From contig JAXLZT010000001.1 in assembly GCA_046350795.1 (NCBI GenBank), positions 181,780 to 245,779 of the forward strand: a stretch of 64,000 nucleotides of DNA, given 5' to 3'. The notes beneath the pieces were generated by a model. The model searched no databases. It saw nothing but the letters and a program-made list of their open reading frames with translations, and had not been told where the DNA came from. This document shows, one piece after another, positions 45,429 to 54,951 of the stretch; position 1 is the stretch's first letter, and the number at the start of each line of letters is the position of its first letter. The DNA comes from Minisyncoccota bacterium (GTDB lineage: Bacteria; Patescibacteriota; Minisyncoccia; Phycocordibacterales; CALRHW01). The position numbers were made by a program, and so were the translations under genes.

Positions 45429-46331
45429 TTAAGAAGACTTAGAATGAAACGAGTGTAAATTCTCAATGTGCTGAGAGGGCGTGATGTCTGCGGTTTGGCA
45501 AACATATGAAAGCTTTCCAAGTATCAAATGAAGATTTTCTTCTGACAGTTTTGCGTCGGTATGTTTTTGAATGCATCCCACAATTTCTTCTGAGTGGAGA
45601 ACATTCTCAATTGGCTCTGTCTTGAATTCACATGAGTCAGTAAATACAACTATGCTTTGGAAAGCATTCTCTGGAATAGACGGCATAAGTAACTTGAGAG
45701 ACATAATATGGGACCAGTTTTGTCGTATAGGATTCTGAAATTGGAATTTGTTCTTTCCGCCAGGCAATGACTGGGTCCAGTTATCTTGATCCTTACTACC
45801 GAATATCCACCCCTTATAATCTTTACTTTCAATTACGAAGATACCGAACTTTGATACAACCAGGTGGTCAATCTGAGACGATCCGTTATGGTCCGAAGGA
45901 ATCGTGAGGTTATTAAAAATAAAATAATCCTTGTAGCTCAAACCTTCAGCGAGAATGTGGGCAATTTCTTGCTCTCCGTCAGTAAGTCCGTCCATATAGC
46001 ATTTGCAGCCATGTTTTTCACTGTTGATAGATTTTATTTGGTCCTCACTTGCTCCGGCAGGGATGTAAAGATTATTAGAGATCGGACTTTTAGACTGGTT
46101 TTTAATTTTCCTGATTACCCAAACAATACCGCCAAGTATCAGACCCCATACAAGTATCTTTCCTAGTATTCCTATAAAATTGCCAGATGTGATTGATGAT
46201 ATGGACCCGAGAAGAATAAATGCAGTTCCGATAATAAAGATCCCTTTTAATGGTTCGAAGGGTTGGCTGTAATTCCCGTAACGTCGTCGTCGGTAATAAT
46301 ATGGTTTTCGATAATTGCGGTAGTAGCTCAT
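45429..46331 (-). CDS. Membrane-anchored NERD (nuclease-related domain) protein
   Basis: Arg/Tyr-rich N-terminus, 2 TM, then ...IDHLVVSKFGIFVIESKDYKGWIFGS... NERD signature. Confidence 0.6.
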   Translation of the reverse strand: MSYYRNYRKPYYYRRRRYGNYSQPFEPLKGIFIIGTAFILLGSISSITSGNFIGILGKILVWGLILGGIVWVIRKIKNQSKSPISNNLYIPAGASEDQIKSINSEKHGCKCYMDGLTDGEQEIAHILAEGLSYKDYFIFNNLTIPSDHNGSSQIDHLVVSKFGIFVIESKDYKGWIFGSKDQDNWTQSLPGGKNKFQFQNPIRQNWSHIMSLKLLMPSIPENAFQSIVVFTDSCEFKTEPIENVLHSEEIVGCIQKHTDAKLSEENLHLILGKLSYVCQTADITPSQHIENLHSFHSKSS

Positions 46332-46428
46332 TGATTATTTTTGTTAAGACAATTATAACCGAAATCAGACAAATAGACTTTAATCAAAAACCTTTATATA
46401 AAGGTGAAAAAATGGTAAACAGAGAAGA

Positions 46429-48066
46429 ATGGAATGGTTCGAAAGATTAAAAACAGGCCTTTTGATAACAAGTATCAAAGGTGATATACGTCAGCCATAC
46501 AATGAAGCGATGGGAAACATCGCAAAGGGTTATTCTCGTTGGCACACTGCATCTAGCTATTTTTATGATATGGAAAGAATTTTACTCGAAATGAAGATGA
46601 CTCGCTCTTTTGTAGAACAGCTTCCCGACGATGCCTTTTATATGACGCATGCTATCAACGCCGAAGACTACATCATGTACCATCATGGCTATTTCCTTGA
46701 TCTGGTGCATCAGCTGAAAGATAAGACATGTCAGCTGATAAGTGCGATAACCAATCCAGATAAAAAATATTCAAGTGAGAATGAAAGAGGGGTTAAGCTG
46801 AGTAAGCTGCTAAATAACGAACGTGTTAAACGAATACGAGGCCTCGTAAGAGCTCTCAGTGAGTGGAATGACAGCTCACACAAAGGACCAATTTCTATTG
46901 CGCTCAAGAAACGTACAAATTATCATCATTTTAAAAATCCTCTCACTGGGACGGAATCCTATTTTCAAGCAAAAGCACAGCGTAATCTTCTGCGACCAGA
47001 GATGCAGATTCACTTGAGCGAATATGGTAAGCAGATGGTTGATGAAAAGAGAAAGAAGAATCTGCAGACATGGCACGACGATGCAAAGGATAAGATGCAA
47101 AAAACTTCTGAGGTTATAAACACTAATCTTGAAGCCGTATCAAAATCCATCGTCGAGTATTACAAATTTCCTAAAGCAGATGACCCTACTGGTAAACGAA
47201 TATTTATGCGCTACATGCCTACGCTTGAATCGGTGAAGACGGTAGCAGGCACTCGAACGATTACGGATATCGATTCAATTTCAGCTGCAATGTTAAAAGG
47301 GCTTTCGGAATTACTCCAAGAAGCGTTGAATGATAACTTTGTTGCCCTTTATGTAAACGGAAGTATGGCGCGTGGTGAATTTAACATGGGTTTGTCGGAT
47401 ATAAATATTGTTGTTGTTCTCAAGGATACGACACCAATACCAAAAGATGTTCTAAGAAATATTATAGAAGCTCCTGCTAAGGAATGGGGCATACCGACTG
47501 ATATTCAGATACTTATACAGTCTGAGTTTATGGCCAAAGGAAATGAGAAGATGAAATTTGTTTGTAAGACTGACGGAGTGCGAATTTTTGGTCCAGATCT
47601 ACTTCAATATGACCCATTGCCAAATAAGTCCTATAAACTCGTATGGCTACTTAACAGTGACTTCAAAAATAAGTTGGCTGCATATCGTGCTTGGATTGTA
47701 GCCCAGCCATCGATTCCAATGGGGAGACGTTCGGCAATGATAGCTCGTGATCTTGCAAAGAGAGCATATCGCATGGCCTTTGGGCAAGTAATAGGTAATA
47801 ACACTGTGTATACAGCTAGTTTTAAGGAGATGCGTAGATTGTTTCAGTTTTATACACCTGAAAATAAAAAATTCCTTGATATGACATATCAACTTACTCA
47901 GCGATACCCAGGAGCTGATAAGGAGGGTCTATTGGCGATGGTTGACTCATATCAACGTAATCTTCTTCCTCTCTATGATCGGGTGAATGAGGTCGTTAAT
48001 GGGGTGAAGGAAGAAATACAGGAAGGTCAAAACCCAGGCATTGCTCCGGTTCATGCAGAACAGTAA
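46429..48066 (+). CDS. Nucleotidyltransferase-fold (Pol-beta superfamily) protein with ~290-aa N-terminal extension (possible HEPN-like Rx4H) and C-terminal helical domain
   Basis: NGSMARGEFNMGLSDINIVVV fits hG[GS]x11Dh[DE/N]h; N-terminal KRTNYHH possible Rx4HH. Confidence 0.45.
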   Translation: MEWFERLKTGLLITSIKGDIRQPYNEAMGNIAKGYSRWHTASSYFYDMERILLEMKMTRSFVEQLPDDAFYMTHAINAEDYIMYHHGYFLDLVHQLKDKTCQLISAITNPDKKYSSENERGVKLSKLLNNERVKRIRGLVRALSEWNDSSHKGPISIALKKRTNYHHFKNPLTGTESYFQAKAQRNLLRPEMQIHLSEYGKQMVDEKRKKNLQTWHDDAKDKMQKTSEVINTNLEAVSKSIVEYYKFPKADDPTGKRIFMRYMPTLESVKTVAGTRTITDIDSISAAMLKGLSELLQEALNDNFVALYVNGSMARGEFNMGLSDINIVVVLKDTTPIPKDVLRNIIEAPAKEWGIPTDIQILIQSEFMAKGNEKMKFVCKTDGVRIFGPDLLQYDPLPNKSYKLVWLLNSDFKNKLAAYRAWIVAQPSIPMGRRSAMIARDLAKRAYRMAFGQVIGNNTVYTASFKEMRRLFQFYTPENKKFLDMTYQLTQRYPGADKEGLLAMVDSYQRNLLPLYDRVNEVVNGVKEEIQEGQNPGIAPVHAEQ

Positions 48067-48518
48067 ATATGTGTTCTTTTTCGACCTTTTTTGCCCTATT
48101 TCACCCTATTTGCCCTAACGCTAGGCCAGATTAGGCCGAAAAGAGCCGAAATTATCCAAGAACTGCTATACTTTGCATGTCAGGAATGTAGATCGTCGCA
48201 TCATTCCTTTTCTCAAATATAGTTCTAACTTCCTCTACGACGGCACCCCATTCGAGAATGAGTGTTGCATAAGCAGCTGTTCGTCAATAAAGGCAAGTTA
48301 TGCGATTACAGCAATCAATTTATATGGTAGAATACTTTACAAGGTATTTTATATAAAACTTACCACCATGTTACTCAACGGAAACACACAAACTTGGTCA
48401 AGTTTCGCTAGAACCAACTCTCAGTAAAAGAGAGGAGGTTTTTAGTATCTATTTCAACATTCTAAAAAATCGCCTCTCTGGGCGGTTTTTAATTTTTATT
48501 TTTTTAATCATTTCCATC

Positions 48519-48893
48519 ATGTCAAAATTATCTACACTTTATCTCAACAATCTCGTTTTCTCTGGTGTCCACGGTCAAACTGGTCGCGAGACGACCGATC
48601 CTCAGCATTTTCAAGTCGATATAGAAATGGAACTCGATATATCTAAAGCTCGAGAATCAGATGCACTTATCGATACATATGATTACAAGCATGCTCGAGA
48701 AGTGGCTCGAACGGTTATTGAAGATGAACATTATATTCTTATTGAAAAAATAGCATATCAAATTGCTAAACGTATTTGTGAAGATCCAAAAGTTTTTTTT
48801 ACAACGGTCGCACTTACCAAACTTCATGCATCTCAAAATGGTGTACCAGGAATGAAAGTCACCTACAAACGTACTCCCCAAGAGATGGTCTAA
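48519..48893 (+). CDS. folB: Dihydroneopterin aldolase
   Basis: 124 aa; VFSGVHGQTGRETTDPQHFQVDIEM. Confidence 0.7.
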   Translation: MSKLSTLYLNNLVFSGVHGQTGRETTDPQHFQVDIEMELDISKARESDALIDTYDYKHAREVARTVIEDEHYILIEKIAYQIAKRICEDPKVFFTTVALTKLHASQNGVPGMKVTYKRTPQEMV

Positions 48894-48896
48894 ATC

Positions 48897-49475
48897 ATGA
48901 TTCTTCTTATTGATAACTATGATTCGTTTACATATAACCTCTATCAACTTATTAGTAGTTTGGGTTATGAGGTTTTAGTAAAAACACATGATGAAGTATC
49001 TATAAAAGATATTCAGTCTATTAAACCTGAAAAGATTGTTATTTCACCAGGACCAAAAAGACCAGAAGATGCTGGTATTTCTATGGAATTAATTAAAAAG
49101 TTGTACAGAGAGATTCCTATACTTGGTGTTTGTTTAGGACATCAATGTATTGGAAAAGTATTTGGTGGCGAAGTAGTACATGCAAAGCAGGTTTTCCACG
49201 GTAAAACATCTGTTATTCATCACGATGGGAAGGGGATATTTCAAAATGTTAAAAACCCCATTAACGTTGCTCGTTATCACTCTCTTGCTCTCAAGGAGTG
49301 TCCCAGAGAGTTTGAGGTGAGGGCTACAACAGAAGATATGGAAATAATGGCCATTCAACACAAAGAGTATCCGCTTTACGGTATCCAATTTCACCCCGAA
49401 TCTTTTATGACAGAGTGTGGTGAGGTTCTTATAAAAAATTTTCTAGAAATATCCTATGAAGTCAAAAATTCTTAG
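48897..49475 (+). CDS. pabA: Aminodeoxychorismate/anthranilate synthase glutamine amidotransferase component
   Basis: ILLIDNYDSFTYNLYQLI...GVCLGHQ (class I GATase triad). Confidence 0.8.
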   Translation: MILLIDNYDSFTYNLYQLISSLGYEVLVKTHDEVSIKDIQSIKPEKIVISPGPKRPEDAGISMELIKKLYREIPILGVCLGHQCIGKVFGGEVVHAKQVFHGKTSVIHHDGKGIFQNVKNPINVARYHSLALKECPREFEVRATTEDMEIMAIQHKEYPLYGIQFHPESFMTECGEVLIKNFLEISYEVKNS

Positions 49476-50727
49476 AAACACATCATTTGAAGATATATGG
49501 AAGCGACTTTCAGAAAAAGAAAGGTCGGTTTGCTGTACTTGTGGCTATGGTCCTGACAGTTGGGAGACTTTCATCGCTTGGAATCCAACTAATATATATT
49601 CAGCAGATAAGTCTGATTCACTTGAGCATTTTAGGGAATTTGTGCAAAGACAACAAAAAGAAGACCGTCGAATCTTTGGGTATCTTTCATATGATGTGGG
49701 TTATAAACTTTTAAACATTCAACCCAGGGCAAAACACGATTTAAATTTCCCAGACATATTATTTTATTCTTTTAGTTCATGGATTAGATTTGTTGAAGAC
49801 AGTGCGGAAATATTTTCATCAAATGAAGAAACACTTTTGAGTTATGAGATTGAGATAAAAGATATTCTACAAAGGCCTTTTGTTAAAGATGGTTTTTCAG
49901 AACACAATTCTTCTGAATTAAAAGCACATATGACACCTGATTTGTATGCCGAAGGATATAAAAAGATTAAGAAGTATATATTTGAGGGTGATGTGTATCA
50001 AATGAATTTTACTCACAGGCTTGAGGGTGTAACTAGCAAAAATCCAAGAACTCTTTTTATCGATATGTGTGAGAAAAATAAAGTCGCTCATTTGGCATAT
50101 ATGGAAGGGGATGGATTTGAAATCCTTAGTGCATCACCTGAACGGTTTGTAAAAATATCCGCTGATCGAACAATCGAAACTTTTCCTATTAAAGGCACTC
50201 GGCCAAGAGGTAAGACAGAAATTGATGACAAAAAACAAAAATTGGATCTTATTAATTCTCAAAAAGAAACAGCTGAGCTAAATATGATCACTGATTTACT
50301 TAGAAATGATTTGGGTAGGGTGTCGGAAATTGGGTCGGTCGAAGTGGTGGAAAAAAGAATTGTTTATCCTTATCCAACTGTGTGGCATACACACTCGCAT
50401 ATCAAAGGGAAGCTTTTACCATCCACATCTTCACTCGAAGCTCTACTTTCTATGTTTCCTGGAGGATCAATAACTGGCTGTCCCAAGAAGCGGGCAGTGG
50501 AAATTATTGATGAGGTGGAACCTTTTATGAGAAGTGTTTATACGGGTTCAATTGGTTATATCAATTCGGATGATTCTCTTGATTTTAATATAGCAATTCG
50601 AACTTTTCTTAAAAAAGGAAATAAAGTATATCTATCGGTCGGTGGGGGTATTGTCTATGATTCGCAGGAGAAAGATGAATATAAAGAGACGTTCGACAAG
50701 GCAAGGTCTTTTTTGGATGTGCTTTAA
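49456..50727 (+). CDS. pabB: Aminodeoxychorismate synthase component I (chorismate-binding enzyme)
   Basis: PGGSITGCPKKRAVEIIDEVE...RSVYTGSIGYI. Confidence 0.75.
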   Translation: MKSKILRNTSFEDIWKRLSEKERSVCCTCGYGPDSWETFIAWNPTNIYSADKSDSLEHFREFVQRQQKEDRRIFGYLSYDVGYKLLNIQPRAKHDLNFPDILFYSFSSWIRFVEDSAEIFSSNEETLLSYEIEIKDILQRPFVKDGFSEHNSSELKAHMTPDLYAEGYKKIKKYIFEGDVYQMNFTHRLEGVTSKNPRTLFIDMCEKNKVAHLAYMEGDGFEILSASPERFVKISADRTIETFPIKGTRPRGKTEIDDKKQKLDLINSQKETAELNMITDLLRNDLGRVSEIGSVEVVEKRIVYPYPTVWHTHSHIKGKLLPSTSSLEALLSMFPGGSITGCPKKRAVEIIDEVEPFMRSVYTGSIGYINSDDSLDFNIAIRTFLKKGNKVYLSVGGGIVYDSQEKDEYKETFDKARSFLDVL

Positions 50728-50739
50728 GAAAAAAATATT

Positions 50740-51282
50740 ATGAATAATAAACACACAATTTATTTAGCGTTAGGTACAAATATTGGAGATAGAGAAAAAA
50801 ACATAAAAGAGGCCGTTGTTTTACTTCAAGAAAAAATTGAAGATATGAAAATTGCGCCGTTATACGAAAGCAGGCCACAGGGTTATTCTGAACAGGAAAA
50901 TTTTTTGAATTCTGTATTGGTAGGACAAACCGATCTACCTCCTCAAGATTTATTGTTGTTTGTTAAAAATATCGAGAAAAAGCTCGGCAGGGAGGAGCGC
51001 ATTAGAAATGGTCCCAGAGAAATTGATTTAGACATACTTTTTTACGACGATCTTGTCTTGAATACTCAAAATCTTGTGATTCCGCATCCGCGAATACCAG
51101 AAAGGGATTTTGTATTGTTACCTCTTGTGGATTTAGCTGAATCGTTTATACATCCGCTTTTAAAAATTTCATTAAAGAGCTTGCTAAATAATGTATGTAA
51201 AGAACGCTATGTTGTTGGAAAGTCTAGCTATACCATCACGCCAAATATGGGTTATAATATATACACACGAAATAAATCGTAA
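50740..51282 (+). CDS. folK: 6-hydroxymethyl-7,8-dihydropterin pyrophosphokinase
   Basis: IYLALGTNIGDREKNIKEAV...IDLDILFYDD. Confidence 0.75.
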   Translation: MNNKHTIYLALGTNIGDREKNIKEAVVLLQEKIEDMKIAPLYESRPQGYSEQENFLNSVLVGQTDLPPQDLLLFVKNIEKKLGREERIRNGPREIDLDILFYDDLVLNTQNLVIPHPRIPERDFVLLPLVDLAESFIHPLLKISLKSLLNNVCKERYVVGKSSYTITPNMGYNIYTRNKS

Positions 51283-51310
51283 GTTGTTATTATCAACCAA
51301 TATTTATCAT

Positions 51311-52252
51311 ATGAAAATTAAAAAATTTTTTATCTTTTCTGTTGCTGTCGTTGTCTTGTTTGTAGCAACACTTTCTTTTACAAAAAATGAAGTCTCTGCT
51401 TCTACTGTCCAATGTGATTTTACAAAAGATCTTGAGATTGGATCTGTGGGCGAGGATGTGCGGTGTTTGCAAAGATACCTAAATGCTGAAGGTTTTAAAA
51501 TAGCTGAAAGTGGTATAGGCTCCCCGGGTCAAGAAACCAATACTTTTGGAATGCTTACAAAAGAAGCGGTAATGAGATGGCAAGCAGCTCACAATTTTTC
51601 TCTAAAGACTGGTACTTTTGGTCCAATGTCTCGATCAAAGTATTTGGAAAAAATAGCAGCAGGCCTTACTTCTCAGCTTGCTAGTATGGGCGCTACTCCT
51701 GTTACATCGGCTACACCTTCAGTAAACACACCTGTTGTAGTACAAAACGTAGTAAGTGTTGCGGAAAAGGATGCAAGATCAGCCATTGAAGATGCTTTTG
51801 AGGCATTGAATGATGCAGAAGATGCGGCGGACGATATAGATGATTCAAATGATGAAGAAAATGCAAGAGAAGATATTTCTGATGCAAAAGATGATTTGAT
51901 AGAGGCATTTAAGGCATTTTTAGCAAAGGATTTTGAAAAAGCTAGGACAAAAGCAGAAGATGTATCTGACTCTTTGGGTGATATTGTTGATGAAGTTTTT
52001 GGTGATGAGGATGATGCACAAGAGGCGATAGATGATGCACAAGAGGCGATAGATGATGCCGAAAATGAAATAAATGACGCCGATGATGATGGAGACTCTG
52101 TACATGATGCAAATGACAAGCTTGATGATGCAAAAGATAAACTCGATGACGCAAGAGATGCTTTTGATGACAAAGAATATGATCGAGCTGAAAATCTTGC
52201 AAATCAGGCAGAAGACATGGCTGATGAAGCTGTAGACTTGATAGGAGACTAG
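51311..52252 (+). CDS. Secreted protein: PG-binding-like domain + long acidic (Asp/Glu/Ala) repetitive disordered tail
   Basis: Start MKIKKFFIFSVAVVVLFVA; CLQRYLNAEGFKIAESGIGSPGQETNTFGMLTKEAVMRWQ paralogous to 18483 gene; tail DEDDAQEAIDDAQEAIDDAENE... Confidence 0.55.
   Translation: MKIKKFFIFSVAVVVLFVATLSFTKNEVSASTVQCDFTKDLEIGSVGEDVRCLQRYLNAEGFKIAESGIGSPGQETNTFGMLTKEAVMRWQAAHNFSLKTGTFGPMSRSKYLEKIAAGLTSQLASMGATPVTSATPSVNTPVVVQNVVSVAEKDARSAIEDAFEALNDAEDAADDIDDSNDEENAREDISDAKDDLIEAFKAFLAKDFEKARTKAEDVSDSLGDIVDEVFGDEDDAQEAIDDAQEAIDDAENEINDADDDGDSVHDANDKLDDAKDKLDDARDAFDDKEYDRAENLANQAEDMADEAVDLIGD
52010..52059 (+). repeat. Tandem 21-bp coding repeat (gatgatgcacaagaggcgata x2.3) encoding DDAQEAI units
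   Basis: Read directly inside 51311-52252 CDS. Confidence 0.7.
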
Positions 52253-52316
52253 TTTTTTACTTGCTTTTTCTGCTTACGGTATTATTATCATCTCTGGAAC
52301 CATAAGGAGGTGAACC

Positions 52317-52931
52317 ATGGATCGACTCGAAGCGCTTAAGGTGGTCTTGGAATACCTGACACAAGAAGTGCCAGAGCGGGATCTGCCCGTTGCAGATCTT
52401 ATCTTTGTGCACGGATACAACAACAGGATTGTCGCCGAGCATGCCGCGCATCTTTTCTGTATCGGCAAGGCGTCCCATGTTGTCGTGACGGGTGGTATTG
52501 GTCCCATGACCAGTCTGCCTTCCGGGTACGGATCAGAAGCTGAATACTTCAAGGACATTATGTGCTCTCGAGGCGTCCCAAAAGACGCTGTGGTCACAGA
52601 GTGTCGATCTACCAACACCAAGGAGAACGTGCTCTACGGTATCGATGAAGTCGATCGTTTCGGCATCACAATGAGAAGGATCATTGCCGTAGCGCTACCT
52701 CCTCTTTTGCGTAGATCCTTCGCGACCTTTCAGAAGCATGCCCCCAATTTGGAAGTCTTTGGTAGTGCACCGAGGATTCCAATAAGTGTCATGAGTCAAT
52801 CACAACAAATGAAAAGAATCTGTGGAGAGATAGACCGTCTGGAGCAGTACGCACTCAAGGGTGACATTGCTCCAACCGAGATTCCTCCTCACGTGAAAGA
52901 AGCACACCGTTTTCTCACCAGCCTTCCCTGA
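52317..52931 (+). CDS. DUF218 (YdcF/ElyC/SanA-like) domain protein; GC-rich gene with strong SD (AAGGAGGTG)
   Basis: DLIFVHGYNN...GKASHVVVTGGIG...GYGSEAEYFKDIMCSRGVPKDAVVTECRSTNTKENVLY matches DUF218. Confidence 0.6.
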   Translation: MDRLEALKVVLEYLTQEVPERDLPVADLIFVHGYNNRIVAEHAAHLFCIGKASHVVVTGGIGPMTSLPSGYGSEAEYFKDIMCSRGVPKDAVVTECRSTNTKENVLYGIDEVDRFGITMRRIIAVALPPLLRRSFATFQKHAPNLEVFGSAPRIPISVMSQSQQMKRICGEIDRLEQYALKGDIAPTEIPPHVKEAHRFLTSLP

Positions 52932-52969
52932 AAAGGGGGGGCTGTGTTTTTTATTTTGGGGCTGTTAAA

Positions 52970-53533
52970 ATGATTGCAATGAATAAAAGAAAAAGAAGGC
53001 TTGAGCAAGACGGTGTAATAATTTTGTTTAGTATCGCAATATCTTTTTTCCTTTTAAAAGATGGTCTCGTAGAATCTTTTATTGCCTCTTTTGATGGTTT
53101 CCAGTTTTTGGCTATTTTTGTTGCGGGATTGTTTTTTACTTCTGTATTTACCACCGCACCAGCTATTGCTGTTTTATCTGTGATTGCTCAAAATAACAAT
53201 ATTTTTTTAGTTGCTTTAATCGGTGGATTGGGTGCGATGCTTGGCGACTACATTATTTTTCGTTTTGTAAAAGATAGGATTTCGGATGATTTTAAATATG
53301 TTTTTGGTTTTTCAAAAAAGAAACGTGTGCCACATATTTTTAAGACAAAACTTTTTCACTGGTTTGCACCGTTTTTTGGGGCGCTCATTATCGCATCTCC
53401 TTTTCCTGATGAAATAGGGATAGCGATACTTGGTTTGTCACATACAAACAATAAAATTTTTTTAACAATCTCATATATTTTTAATAGTCTCGGTATCTTG
53501 GTTATAGGAATTTTGGCTAGAACTATTGTTTAG
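52970..53533 (+). CDS. Hypothetical polytopic membrane protein
   Basis: 187 aa, 5-6 TM helices. Confidence 0.45.
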   Translation: MIAMNKRKRRLEQDGVIILFSIAISFFLLKDGLVESFIASFDGFQFLAIFVAGLFFTSVFTTAPAIAVLSVIAQNNNIFLVALIGGLGAMLGDYIIFRFVKDRISDDFKYVFGFSKKKRVPHIFKTKLFHWFAPFFGALIIASPFPDEIGIAILGLSHTNNKIFLTISYIFNSLGILVIGILARTIV

Positions 53534-53544
53534 TCAATTTTTAT

Positions 53545-53973
53545 GTGCTAATTTGTTTTAAGCGCAAGACTTCTTGCAACTGTACCGGCAGTTCCGGCAC
53601 GATCTTTTTGCGAAAGGGCGCACTTATGCCTGCCATTGAAATATGTGACAATCGACTGTTTCTTGCGTTGCACAAACTGTGCGCGCGAGGGCTCGATGGG
53701 GAGATTGTGCGTGCCGATCTAGCCGCCTTCAATCGCCTCGATGTGAATCGAGCGGAGGAGCTGTTTGGTGAACGGCGTATCGTCGAGGGCAATCCTTGGC
53801 CGATGTATTCTGAACTCAAGTGGTTGTTTCAACACCTTGACGGACGTACTCGCTCCCTTTCCCAGCTCGAAGTCATCGCGGAAATGGAGTCCAAGGAGCT
53901 CAGGCTTCGTCTTTCCCCAAACAACAGGATCGTTTCGCACGACGGACTACACGTGCCAAAACGGCACGAGTAG
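53545..53973 (+). CDS. Hypothetical protein; GC-rich gene (start may be M at 53626)
   Basis: 142 aa; followed by hairpin terminator. Confidence 0.4.
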   Translation: MLICFKRKTSCNCTGSSGTIFLRKGALMPAIEICDNRLFLALHKLCARGLDGEIVRADLAAFNRLDVNRAEELFGERRIVEGNPWPMYSELKWLFQHLDGRTRSLSQLEVIAEMESKELRLRLSPNNRIVSHDGLHVPKRHE

Positions 53974-53999
53974 GCGCGAGGGGTGCGCGAGGAAATTTT

Positions 54000-54038
54000 C
54001 CCGGATGACGATAAGTCATCCGGGTTTCATTTTTTACT
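54000..54038 (+). terminator. Rho-independent terminator (CCCGGATGAC-GATAA-GTCATCCGGG + T-run)
   Basis: Read directly. Confidence 0.7.
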
Positions 54039-54051
54039 GTATAATATTCAT

Positions 54052-54939
54052 ATGGAAAAATTAGAAATACTCATTACAGAGAGGCAAAAAGACTATGAAC
54101 TCATAGATTCAGGTAACGGACAAAAACTCGAGCGATACGGGGATTTTTTGCTTGATCGTCCAGATCCGCAGGCTCTTTGGGAAAAATTTTCGCCAAATGA
54201 ATGGATAAAAGCTGATGGCGTATTTATAAGAGACGCACAAAAAGCGTCGTGGAAAATGAAAGATGGTACTCCTGTAGAGTGGCAAATAGAGCTTGCGGGT
54301 TTACATTTTATTATTTCTCCTACAGCTTTTAAACACACGGGCGTGTTTCCAGAGCAGTCAGTCAATTGGAAATGGATTGCAGAGTCAATCAATCAAGTAA
54401 AAAATATATCACCTGAAAGAAAAATCTCCGTTCTCAATCTTTTTGGTTATACCGGCGGAGCTACCCTTGCATCCGCAAAAGCTGGTGCAGATGTCACTCA
54501 TGTGGATGGCTCAAAGAGTGCTATTGATTGGGCAAAAGAAAACGCAAAGGCTTCGGGTCTAGAGCAAGCGTCAATACGTTGGATGCTTGATGATGTGAGG
54601 AAGTTTGTGGCAAGGGAAATAAAACGTGGAAAAAGGTATGACGGAATTATTCTGGATCCACCAGCTTTTGGTCATGGTGCAAAAAAAGAGCTTTGGAAGA
54701 TAGAAGATCATTTGTTGGAACTACTTTCTATGTGTCGGCAGATTCTCAGTGAAGATCCAATATTTTTTCTACTAAACGGTTACTCTTCTGGTTATTCTGC
54801 TATTGCTTATGGAAATAATATAAAAAATTTAATGAAAGATTTTCGCGGTACTATAGAGACAGGGGAGCTTGCTATAAAAGAAAGAGCTGGTGGCCGGCTT
54901 TTGCCTTGCGGTATTTTTGCTAGATGGAAAAAGAATTAA
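54052..54939 (+). CDS. Class I SAM-dependent RNA methyltransferase (RlmI/RlmK-like, no PUA)
   Basis: NLFGYTGGATLASAKAGA (motif I)...IILDPPAFG (motif IV). Confidence 0.65.
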   Translation: MEKLEILITERQKDYELIDSGNGQKLERYGDFLLDRPDPQALWEKFSPNEWIKADGVFIRDAQKASWKMKDGTPVEWQIELAGLHFIISPTAFKHTGVFPEQSVNWKWIAESINQVKNISPERKISVLNLFGYTGGATLASAKAGADVTHVDGSKSAIDWAKENAKASGLEQASIRWMLDDVRKFVAREIKRGKRYDGIILDPPAFGHGAKKELWKIEDHLLELLSMCRQILSEDPIFFLLNGYSSGYSAIAYGNNIKNLMKDFRGTIETGELAIKERAGGRLLPCGIFARWKKN

Positions 54940-54951
54940 GGTGAAAAATAA

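Larger units (their letters stand above)
35952..48500. mobile_element. Integrative genomic island at tRNA-His 3' end: large serine recombinase + wHTH/replication-like hypotheticals + copper-resistance module (csoR-copA-YHS-DUF305-HMA) + NERD/NTase pair; right end approximate
   Basis: Recombinase stop overlaps tRNA-His 3' end; all intervening genes accessory; housekeeping folB-pabAB-folK resumes at 48519 after a 450-bp non-coding gap. Confidence 0.6.

Noticed and set aside
52010-52059. Tandem 21-bp repeats, considered as a possible CRISPR or minisatellite
   Set aside because: Only ~2.3 contiguous units without spacers, in-frame inside a CDS encoding DDAQEAI repeats; no cas genes in the window.
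51673-52202. Minus-strand Ser/Ala-rich and His/Leu-rich ORFs (51673-52173, 51942-52202 and others)
   Set aside because: Antisense of the GA-rich acidic-repeat coding region; low-complexity mirror translations.
53983-54051. Upstream extension of the RNA methyltransferase ORF (start at 53983)
   Set aside because: It would run through the terminator hairpin at 54000-54024; the Met at 54052 follows the terminator and matches the homolog N-terminus.
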